Assembly (NCBI GenBank): GCA_964567915.1
Contig: CAZMPA010000002.1
Span: forward strand, 1-27,306
Reading direction: 5' to 3'
DNA from: an uncultured Isosphaeraceae bacterium
GTDB lineage: Bacteria > Planctomycetota > Phycisphaerae > Phycisphaerales > SM1A02
DNA length: 27,306 bases
The notes beneath the pieces were generated by a model that did no database searches, was not told where the DNA came from, and saw only the letters and a program-made list of their open reading frames with translations. The translations under genes were made by a program, and so were the position numbers. Positions 1 through 10,772 of this stretch are shown piece by piece (the first letter of the stretch is position 1; each line of letters opens with the position of its first letter).

Positions 1-1
1 G

Positions 2-1084
2 GGCGGGGCGGGTGTGCTTCAACTCGAAGGAGACGGAGGCAGCGTTGAGATCCAGAGCGGCGAGGCACCGAGCATCGCCATGTCCGGATCGGACACGTCC
101 GCATCCATCACACCGACCACGCTCCGACTGTCGCAGGGCGAGGCGTCACTGTCACTGGCAGCCGATAGACCGGCTGTGCGGCTCGCCACCGCCGGCGACA
201 CGACGACGCTGTCGTTGACTGCCCTGCACCTTGGCGGCGCCGCCATGTCCTTCCAGGCAGACAGCGGCACCGGACGGCTGCAGGCGGGCGACACGGCTCT
301 CACGTTCGGCGATGCCGCGTTGGGGCTGAGCCACGCCTCCCAGCCGATCTTCCGAGCCGCAGCCAGGGACGGTGAGACAACGCTCGCGTTGTCGACGCCC
401 AGCGGCGGGGCCACGCTCAAAGCGGGCCACACCACGTCGCTGCATCTGGCAGGCTCCGACACGGAGGCGGTCACGGTCGCCAGCGGCGCCGACGCCGCAG
501 TCCTAGAAACCAGCGATCAGGCCGTGCGAGTATTCGCAGACGGCGGCGCCGGCCGCGTGCGTCTGGGAAGTGGTGAAGCCGGCGGCATTCGCCTGACCGG
601 CGGCGTAGACGGCATGCGACCGGCGGTCGATGTGCTGGGCGAGCGTGATGTGCGGGTTGCGAGCCTGACGACAGATCGAGCCGGGCTGGGCCTGCTCGCC
701 GTTGCCGATACCTCGGGCACCCCGGTCGGCCTGCTGCACGGCCTGGCGGAGGGACACGGGCGATTGGCCGTTTCCGCGCCTGCTGGCCGAGCCGTCGCAA
801 CCGCGGCCGCGGACGGGACGCCCGCGTTCACGCTTCAGACGGCCGACAACCGGACGACTGCCACGCTCGCGGCGACGCCCCGTGGCGGCGCCCTCAACCT
901 CATGAATGCGGACGGGACGCCTGTCGTGCTTGCCGGAATCACGTCGGATGGCCCGGGCGGCGCTGCAGCGTTCCAGAATGGCGCCGGCAAGACTGTCGTC
1001 GCCGCCGGCAGTACGGCAGAGAACACGGGACGCATTGTGGTGGAGCCCGCCCCGGAGCCTGATCCCGAGCCGGTCAGCCGCTGA
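2..1084 (+). CDS. Hypothetical Gly/Ala/Thr-rich beta-repeat protein, 5'-truncated by the window edge
   Basis: Frame is open from nt 2 to TGA at 1082-1084, with typical GC3-rich codons. The C-terminal half has ~21-24 aa repeats (G-x-L-x-L-x-[DN]-x-x-G-x-x-V). No family recognised. Confidence 0.75.
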   Translation, partial: GGAGVLQLEGDGGSVEIQSGEAPSIAMSGSDTSASITPTTLRLSQGEASLSLAADRPAVRLATAGDTTTLSLTALHLGGAAMSFQADSGTGRLQAGDTALTFGDAALGLSHASQPIFRAAARDGETTLALSTPSGGATLKAGHTTSLHLAGSDTEAVTVASGADAAVLETSDQAVRVFADGGAGRVRLGSGEAGGIRLTGGVDGMRPAVDVLGERDVRVASLTTDRAGLGLLAVADTSGTPVGLLHGLAEGHGRLAVSAPAGRAVATAAADGTPAFTLQTADNRTTATLAATPRGGALNLMNADGTPVVLAGITSDGPGGAAAFQNGAGKTVVAAGSTAENTGRIVVEPAPEPDPEPVSR

Positions 1085-1793
1085 CCCGAACTTCTCCGTC
1101 TTCGAGCACCTCGGCGACGTCGAGTTCCTCCAACGCCGCAAGCGCAGCATCCTGCTCGGCCCGCTTCTTGTTGGGCCCCCACCTGGGCTGGAAACTCCTG
1201 CCGGAAATCGTCACGCCAACCTCAAAGCACTTGGCGTGATCTGGGCCCTGCTCGTCCAGCACGCTGTAGACCGGCGTGGACCCGAAGCGTTGCTGGGCAA
1301 CCTGCTGAAGGACGCTCTTGAAATTGTGATGGGGACCGGACTGGACGGCTTGTTCAATGCGGGGCTTGAGCGCCGTGAGGATGAAGTCCTCCGCGACCGG
1401 CAGACCACCATCCACGTACAACGCGCCGATGATCGACTCCCAGACGGCCGCTGCAACCGAGGATGGGAGTTCCCGGGCCGTGGCCATCCCCTTTCCGAGT
1501 ACGAGCAACTGGTCGAGCCCCATGCGGCGAGCTTCCTCGGCGCAGACTCTGCGACTCACGACGGCAGACTTGACCTTGGTCATCTCGCCCTCAAGCAACT
1601 CGGGGTGCGTTCGATGGAGAAACTCACACACGACGAGCCCCAGCACGGCGTCCCCGAGGAACTCGAGTCGCTCGTTGCTTTCATGCCGCGTGGCCGCAGT
1701 CGATGCATGTGTGAGGGCCCGATTGAGTATCGCCCGATCGGCGAAGTCGTACTCAAGGAGGTCCTCGGCCTTGGTCAGGGTGGCATCATCCAT
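1074..1793 (-). CDS. rnc: Ribonuclease III
   Basis: ALTHAS, signature NERLEFLGDAVLGL, and a C-terminal dsRBD (NFKSVLQQ...GPDHAKCFEVGV...NKKRAEQDAA). Start set at ATG 1793 (MDDATL); the ORF-track GTG at 1889 adds 32 non-homologous residues. Confidence 0.97.
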   Translation of the reverse strand: MDDATLTKAEDLLEYDFADRAILNRALTHASTAATRHESNERLEFLGDAVLGLVVCEFLHRTHPELLEGEMTKVKSAVVSRRVCAEEARRMGLDQLLVLGKGMATARELPSSVAAAVWESIIGALYVDGGLPVAEDFILTALKPRIEQAVQSGPHHNFKSVLQQVAQQRFGSTPVYSVLDEQGPDHAKCFEVGVTISGRSFQPRWGPNKKRAEQDAALAALEELDVAEVLEDGEVRVSG

Positions 1794-1822
1794 CCGTGGG
1801 ATGGGTCCTCGCACGCCCGGAT

Positions 1823-1924
1823 TGGCCTTCACCACCCTGTCAGGGGATGAATGGCCAGTTCTTCGTTGCAGGGCAAGCCCGATGCCCACCCACTCACCAC
1901 GCGAGGACGGGGTGGTCCCTGCAA
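1823..1924 (-). promoter_or_regulatory. Structured 5' leader of rnc (two adjacent stem-loops)
   Basis: HP1 1823-1857: TGGCC/GGCCA + TTCA/TGAA + CCCT/AGGG (13 Watson-Crick bp). HP2 1866-1924: TTGCAGGG/CCCTGCAA outer stem, with inner CCACCC/GGGUGG and CUCGC/GUGAG helices on the minus-strand RNA. Both lie between the putative promoter and the ATG. Confidence 0.5.
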
Positions 1925-1954
1925 GAGGCCGTCCCGCCCGCTCGCGGCACCCTT

Positions 1955-1983
1955 ACTCTACCACTCGATCCGCCGAGTTGGAA
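1955..1983 (-). promoter_or_regulatory. Putative sigma70-type promoter of rnc
   Basis: Minus strand reads TTCCAA (1983-1978), a 17-nt spacer ending in TGG, then TAGAGT (1960-1955): an extended -10 of the form TGnTAnnnT. Confidence 0.6.
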
Positions 1984-2006
1984 GAACTCTTTGGATCTGC
2001 TAGGAT
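1978..2006 (+). promoter_or_regulatory. Putative sigma70-type promoter of rpmH
   Basis: TTGGAA (1978-1983), a 17-nt spacer ending in TGC, then TAGGAT (2001-2006): extended -10 plus a 4/6 match to the -35 consensus. Confidence 0.65.
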
Positions 2007-2091
2007 GCTCGATTCCCCCGGAGGCGACGCGCCGCCGGCCTTCTGATTCGATCAAGTCCCCGCCCCTTCGGCGGGCCCGAGGTGTTCCGCC

Positions 2092-2235
2092 ATGGCCATG
2101 CACTACCCCCGCCGCGTGAGCAAGATCAAGCGAGCCCGCCAGTTCGGCTTCCGCGCCCGCATGAAGACCAAGGCCGGACGCAAGCTCATCAATCGCAAGC
2201 GTGCCCTGGGGCGTCGCGTAACGCCCGAAATGTGA
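2092..2235 (+). CDS. rpmH: 50S ribosomal protein L34 (bL34)
   Basis: Hand translation MAMHYPRRVSKIKRARQFGFRARMKTKAGRKLINRKRALGRRVTPEM* contains the L34 core GFRARMxTxxGRxxxxRxRxxGR. SD-like GAGGTG lies upstream. Alternative start at 2098. Below the ORF-track length cutoff. Confidence 0.95.
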   Translation: MAMHYPRRVSKIKRARQFGFRARMKTKAGRKLINRKRALGRRVTPEM

Positions 2236-2246
2236 TCCAGCGGGCC

Positions 2247-2783
2247 TCACCCGGCCCCGCACGCCCTTGCCCACTCAATAACCGCCTGGACCACCGATGT
2301 GACATCGCCATCGGCGTCAATCACGCCGTCGGCCATGTCCGCGTAGTCACCGGCCCGCGCCGCAGCCACAGCAGCCGCCTCCTCGATCGGATCGCCCCCG
2401 GTCAACGAGGGCCGGTCGCCCAGATCCCGCTCCAGCCGAGCCCGGAGCGTCTCGGGTCGGCACCGAAGCCAAAGCACCGTCACGACCGCCTTCGCCCTCG
2501 ACGATGCCAGAACGTGCCGAGGCGGATCAACCGCCGGGACCCCACCTCCGGTGGCGATCACCGCGCCCGAACCGACGACGTCCTGCAACGCCGCTGCCTC
2601 AGCCTGCCGCCAGGCATGGGGGCCAGCCTGCTCAAAGACGGCGGTGACTGACTCGGCTCCGGTCAGCGTGAGGGCCGCGGCGTCCAAGTCGAAGAACGGG
2701 CGGTTCAGTTTCGCAGCGACGGCTCGGCCAATGGTCGACTTTCCTGAACCACGGGCGCCAATCAAGGCAATGGAGATGGTCAT
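2247..2783 (-). CDS. aroK: Shikimate kinase
   Basis: Walker A GARGSGKST, DLD motif, WRQAE, IATGGG, RPSL lid. Start set at ATG 2783 (MTISIALIG). Confidence 0.93.
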   Translation of the reverse strand: MTISIALIGARGSGKSTIGRAVAAKLNRPFFDLDAAALTLTGAESVTAVFEQAGPHAWRQAEAAALQDVVGSGAVIATGGGVPAVDPPRHVLASSRAKAVVTVLWLRCRPETLRARLERDLGDRPSLTGGDPIEEAAAVAAARAGDYADMADGVIDADGDVTSVVQAVIEWARACGAG

Positions 2784-2848
2784 CGGCCCCACTCCACTCT
2801 GAAGACTTCGAGGATTCGCAGCCAGATCATGTCCTTGTGTCCGGTCAT
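2780..2848 (-). CDS. Candidate 22-aa upstream ORF (MTGHKDMIWLRILEVFRVEWGR) whose stop overlaps the aroK start
   Basis: ATG at 2848 to TGA at 2782-2780, forming an ATGA overlap with the aroK ATG (2783-2781). TATCAT -10 lies 10 nt upstream. No homology evidence. Confidence 0.25.
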   Translation of the reverse strand: MTGHKDMIWLRILEVFRVEWGR

Positions 2849-2858
2849 CGACCGATGC

Positions 2859-2864
2859 ATGATA
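2859..2864 (-). promoter_or_regulatory. Putative -10 hexamer (TATCAT) for the uORF/aroK transcript
   Basis: TAnnnT match on the minus strand in the aroK/uppP divergent region. Confidence 0.4.
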
Positions 2865-2908
2865 CGCAGCGATCACACCCGCAACGCCTCAACGGAGCGA
2901 CCCCACAC

Positions 2909-3871
2909 GTGAGCAGTCCCCTCGGCATCTTCGACGCGGTCATTCTCGGCATCGTCGAGGGTGTCACGGAGTACCTCCCGGTCAGCTCGACCGGGCACCT
3001 GGTCCTGGCGAAGTCACTGCTCGGACTCGACTCCGCAGCGGATGTCGAGCGGAGCGTCAACGCCCTGTTGATCGTCATTCAGGGAGGTGCGATTCTGGCC
3101 GTGCTTGGCCTGTACCGCAAGGCGGTCGGGCGGATGATCCTGGGCGTGCTCGGCAAGGACGCCGGCGGGCTCATGCTCTTTCGCAACATTGTGATCGCCT
3201 TTCTCCCGGCAGCGGTCCTGGGGCCGTTTCTGGACGACTGGATCGAGGCAAGGCTCATGCGACCGATCCCGGTGCTGCTGGCCCTCGGCGTCGGGGGCGT
3301 CGTGATGATCCTCGCCGACCGGAAACTCCGCGGGCGAGCAGACCGGGGCGGCGATATGACCGATCGAACCGGCGAACACCTCTCGGCGGCGGCGGCGTTT
3401 CAGATTGGGCTGCTGCAGTGCATCGCCATGTGGCCCGGGACGAGCCGCTCGATGGTGACGATTCTCGGCGGCATGTTTGTGGGGCTTCGTCCGGCGAGGG
3501 CGGCCGAATTCTCATTCCTTCTGGGCCTGCCCACACTCGGCGGCGCCACGGTTTTCAAACTTGCCAAGAACATGACGGGCGACGGGCCGGACATGTTCGC
3601 GGTGCTCGGCTGGACGCCGGTCGTGATCGGGCTGGTCGTCGCAACCCTCTCGGCAGCGCTTGCCGTCCGCTGGCTCGTGTCCTGGTTGACTCGACACGGG
3701 CTGGCCGCGTTTGGGTGGTACCGGATCGCGCTGACCGCCGTGCTCGTACCGCTTGTGCTCGCCGGCGTCGTTTCGATTGCGCCAGAGGTTGAGCAGGATC
3801 AGTCGGCCGAAGCTGCGACGGCACCCGAAATGATCGTCCCGTCCGAGCCGACCACAATGGTCCGGCGGTGA
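2909..3871 (+). CDS. uppP: Undecaprenyl-diphosphate phosphatase (BacA/UppP)
   Basis: LGIVEGVTEYLPVSSTGHL, IQGGAILAV, PGTSRSMVTI and AAEFSFLLGLPT motifs plus multiple TM helices. Start uncertain: GTG 2909 (GGAG upstream) or ATG 2855. Carries a ~28-aa C-terminal tail beyond the family core. Confidence 0.95.
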   Translation: MSSPLGIFDAVILGIVEGVTEYLPVSSTGHLVLAKSLLGLDSAADVERSVNALLIVIQGGAILAVLGLYRKAVGRMILGVLGKDAGGLMLFRNIVIAFLPAAVLGPFLDDWIEARLMRPIPVLLALGVGGVVMILADRKLRGRADRGGDMTDRTGEHLSAAAAFQIGLLQCIAMWPGTSRSMVTILGGMFVGLRPARAAEFSFLLGLPTLGGATVFKLAKNMTGDGPDMFAVLGWTPVVIGLVVATLSAALAVRWLVSWLTRHGLAAFGWYRIALTAVLVPLVLAGVVSIAPEVEQDQSAEAATAPEMIVPSEPTTMVRR

Positions 3872-4218
3872 TCGCCGTCGCTTCGAACGGTCGCGCTGAA
3901 GAGCACACCCGCCTCGCCCTCAACCGACGTTGCCCGCAGCGGCTCAACCGCAGGAAACGGGCCGCCACCAACCACCGGCTTCCACGCGTCACCTGCAGTC
4001 CGTCGAGCCAGTCGGTACGACACCTCTCGCTCCGCCCCGTCCACAGTCACCAGCCACCCCCACTGACTGCCGCCCGCCTCCAGGACGGGCCGCTGCACTG
4101 CCGATGCGGGCCGCGGCCAGAGGGTGCCCCCGAGTGCCCACGCAAGCAGCGCCGCCATCACGACGAAGACCGTGATGCGGATAGCGAGGCTTCGCAGACC
4201 CAATGCGACTTGTCCCAT
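3799..4218 (-). CDS. Hypothetical membrane-anchored protein (N-terminal TM helix plus small beta-rich domain)
   Basis: Hydrophobic ITVFVVMAALLAWALGG segment, coding-like codon usage, and an extended -10 positioned 6 nt before ATG 4218. Confidence 0.7.
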   Translation of the reverse strand: MGQVALGLRSLAIRITVFVVMAALLAWALGGTLWPRPASAVQRPVLEAGGSQWGWLVTVDGAEREVSYRLARRTAGDAWKPVVGGGPFPAVEPLRATSVEGEAGVLFSATVRSDGDHRRTIVVGSDGTIISGAVAASAD

Positions 4219-4224
4219 GGACAC

Positions 4225-4233
4225 AGCGTAGCA
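4225..4233 (-). promoter_or_regulatory. Extended -10 (TGC-TACGCT), leaderless start at 4218
   Basis: Minus strand TGCTACGCT-gtgtcc-ATG, located in the 22-bp gap after the ligA stop. Confidence 0.65.
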
Positions 4234-4240
4234 AGGCCGC

Positions 4241-7731
<3,491 letters not shown>

Positions 7732-7750
<19 letters not shown>

Positions 7751-8967
7751 CCGAGCGATTCGTTCACGATTGCAAGCAAGTGCTTCCACTCACCCGGGGT
7801 GTACCCGTTGATCCTCGCGGCTACCCGCCCGTCCGGCGCAATCACGACGGTGACGGGTATTCCGTTGATGCCCCACGCATTCACGACGTCATCCGTGTCC
7901 GTAACCAGCGTCGGAAACGTCACCGGCTCCTTCGACCAAAACTCGCCGACTCGCTTCAGCTTCTTGTGCAGTTCCTTGGGGCCGTCCATGACGTTGATGC
8001 CGTAGACAAGCACGTCGCCCTCGTTCTTCCCGGTCTCCTGATACAGCCGCTCGATCTCCGGAAGAGCCGCTCGGCACGGGCCGCACCAGGTCGCCCAGAA
8101 GTCGAGCACCACGCAGGAACCCCGAAGGCCTGCCAGACTGACGACATCTCCAGAAGGTGTGGGAAGCGTAAAGTCAGGCGCCAGATCCCCCCCCTTGATC
8201 ACAACGGCCGCCGCTCGCTCACGCGCCTGCAATGCTTCGACGTCTTGAACGACAGTCCGCTTACCCACGGCGATGACCGGATGCGACCACGATCCGTCCG
8301 TTCGCGTCGCGACCGACGCCCGGTACCCCCGCGTTCTGCCATCCGTCGCATCAACGGCGGCCAGGCAGCCGGTATCCGCAGCGACGGTCAATGCCGCGGA
8401 CGCGTTGCCGTCCTCGACATGCACGACGTGGCGGTCCTGCCCATCGCGTGATACCGACGTCGCCTTTGGGCTGCGGACGAGACCACCGGTCACAACGCTG
8501 ACCCACTCGTCAACGCCTCGACCCCCACGGGCAAGAAGCGGTGCAGGCGGCGCCGCCGTGTCCGCCAGGACCGCCTCGACCGATGCGAGCAGGTCCGTGC
8601 CGCGATCCACATCAACCACTCGATCGGGAATCATCTCCACGCTTGCGAGCAACCGCTCCCCCTGCGTTGCCATGACAAAGCCTGGCCCTTCCCAACTGAA
8701 CGCGTCATCGGGACCGAAGCGAACGGTGTCCACCCGCTCGATCGTGTCGTCACCCCGGATCAGCGACCGCTCCGTGACAAACTCGACCGTCGCGTGGGAT
8801 CCCGAGGCCTCAATCAGCGCGGCGAGCGCGGCTGCCGCGGCGGGGTCTTCGGTGACTGGAGCCTGCGCCGGTTTGATCGGCGGCGGAGTTGGCTCTTCAC
8901 AGCCGCTCACAAACAAGCACGTGGTGATCGCTACAGATCCCAAACGGCGGAGCACCTGATACGTCAT
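7732..8967 (-). CDS. TlpA/ResA-family thiol-disulfide oxidoreductase lipoprotein with a long N-terminal domain
   Basis: Lipobox-like VSGC. The C-terminal domain has APDFTL, VLDFWATWCGPC and GIPVTVVIAPDGRV. The ~230-aa N-terminal region is unassigned. Confidence 0.85.
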
Positions 8968-8968
8968 G

Positions 8969-9513
8969 TCAAAGAGTGTCCTTCATGGCCGGCCCGTGCA
9001 TACCGCCCGCCTGATCCAGAGATGTTCGAGAGAGCACACGGCAGCGGCTTTCGACGGAGCCGTTGGTGGCCACATCATCCGCGAGGAGATCCACCATGGT
9101 CTTTCCAAGCGACGCGTGAACGGCGTCGCCAGCCAGCTCGACCATTGGAAGCAGCACAAAGACTCGCTCATGCATGCGGGGGTGCGGCACAGTCAGATTG
9201 GGCAGAGCAGCACATCCAGGTCGATAGGCCTGGGCCCACGCGGCACGCCACCCGCACGCACACGCCCCATCGCCTGCTCGATCGACAGGAGACCCTCAAG
9301 CAGCTCAAGCGGCTCAAGCCGCGTCCGAACGAGGACGACAGCATTGACGAAATCCGGTTGGTCGACGACATCAACGGCCGCGCTTTCGACGAGCGTGCTC
9401 AGCCGGACCACATCAACGCCGTCCAACTCGTCCAGACGTTCGGCGGCCTCAAACACCGCGGCGGCCCGGTCGCCCAAGTTCGCTCCAAGTCCGATGTAAA
9501 CATCCTCACTCAT
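8969..9513 (-). pseudogene. folK: folK (HPPK) split by a frameshifting internal deletion near 9202/9203
   Basis: The 5' frame encodes YIGLGANLG...QPDFVNAV...GPRPIDLDVLL and stops at 9193-9195. A different frame continues PNLTVPHPRMHERVFVLLPM to the stop at 8969. About 8 residues normally present between DLDxLL and LTVPH are missing. Could be an assembly artefact. Confidence 0.8.
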
Positions 9514-10772
9514 GCAATCGGCCACTCCCATGGCAAGTCGGACTCCGTCCCATCAAGATGCCAGCGTAGCCACTGCAACGCGGCGTCGATGGTTCCCGAC
9601 CGAACGTGCGCCCGACCGCCCGGCACACGAATTCTCCGGGTGAAGACCGCTTGCGAGTCGGCGAGCCCAAGCCACACAGTGCCGACGGGCTTGTCATCGG
9701 TCCCACCCTCCGGGCCAGCGATTCCGGTCACCGACACGGCAATCGTGGCCCCACTGCGACGTCTGGCCTGCGACGCCATCACTGCCGCCGCCTGGGCGCT
9801 GACGGCGCCCGGTCCATCCGGCGACAGCAACTCCGCAGGCACGCCGAGCGCCTCAACCTTCATCTCGTTGGCATAACTCACCCAGCCTCCGACGAACCAA
9901 TCGCTCGAGCCCGCGACGCTCGTCAGCGCCGCAGCAATGCCGCCTGCCGTGCATGACTCCGCCGTGGCGAGTCGCTCGCCGCTGGCCGCCGCCGCCACCG
10001 CCTCAGGGAGATTCGCGGCCGTTGCCGGGAGTACCCACGGGTGCAGCGCTGCGCGAACAGCTTCGGCCACGTCGGCAATCTCTGTGTCGGTCGTGTCCGG
10101 GCCGGTCGGCCGGACTGCGACGCGAACGAGCCCGGTTCCGACGCGGATCCCCAGACGTGGACTTCGAGATTGATCGAGCAGGTCACCGAGCTTGTCGGCA
10201 GCCTGCACCTCGGTCAAGCCGGCCGCCCGCACTTCGGCTGACTGCACCACACCCGAGCCTCCGCGCAGCGCCTCCGCCACATGACGGCGGAACATGGACC
10301 GCATTTCACTCGGAGGGCCCGGGAGCCACCACGTAGTCGCCTCTCCGATCTCCGCCTGCAAGCCCGGAGCCGTCCCACGGTCGTTGGGAAGAAACTGCGC
10401 CGAGGGTGGTCGCATCGCAACGAGGGTTCTGGCCTCGGTCGCGGGAAGTCCCTGCAGGTCGCACCACGCTCGGACTTCGGCGAGCGCGTCCTGATCTTCG
10501 ATCAATGATCCGCCGTCTGTCAGATCGGCCACTGCCCACCGGGTGAGATCATCGGTAGTTGGACCGAGCCCCCCGGTGCACACCAGCGCGTCGGCCTCCG
10601 CGACCAGACTTTCGGCCGCGGCGGCTATGGCGTCACGATCGTCGCCGACGGTTCGCATCTCGGTCACCACGTACCCGAGATCGAGCATCGCCTGAGCCAC
10701 CCACGCCGCGTTGGTATCCACAATCGAACCGGCGAGCAGTTCGTCACCGATGGAGAGAATCGCGGCCTTCAC
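9510..10772 (-). CDS. cinA: CinA-family protein (MoCF/COG1058 domain fused to NMN deamidase PncC domain)
   Basis: IGDELLAG...DTN, GGLGPTTDDLT, GTAPG, LPGPPSEM, AESCTAGG, SVTGIAGPEGG, KPVGTV. GTG start at 10772 overlaps the upstream stop (GTGA). Confidence 0.95.
   Translation of the reverse strand: MKAAILSIGDELLAGSIVDTNAAWVAQAMLDLGYVVTEMRTVGDDRDAIAAAAESLVAEADALVCTGGLGPTTDDLTRWAVADLTDGGSLIEDQDALAEVRAWCDLQGLPATEARTLVAMRPPSAQFLPNDRGTAPGLQAEIGEATTWWLPGPPSEMRSMFRRHVAEALRGGSGVVQSAEVRAAGLTEVQAADKLGDLLDQSRSPRLGIRVGTGLVRVAVRPTGPDTTDTEIADVAEAVRAALHPWVLPATAANLPEAVAAAASGERLATAESCTAGGIAAALTSVAGSSDWFVGGWVSYANEMKVEALGVPAELLSPDGPGAVSAQAAAVMASQARRRSGATIAVSVTGIAGPEGGTDDKPVGTVWLGLADSQAVFTRRIRVPGGRAHVRSGTIDAALQWLRWHLDGTESDLPWEWPIA

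Noticed and set aside
1794-2091. Possible oriC next to rpmH
   Set aside because: No DnaA boxes (TTATCCACA-like), no AT-rich unwinding element and no dnaA. The gap is explained by two promoters and their leaders.
9196-9210. Programmed -1 ribosomal frameshift restoring FolK
   Set aside because: No X-XXY-YYZ slippery site, and the shifted product would still lack about 7 conserved residues.
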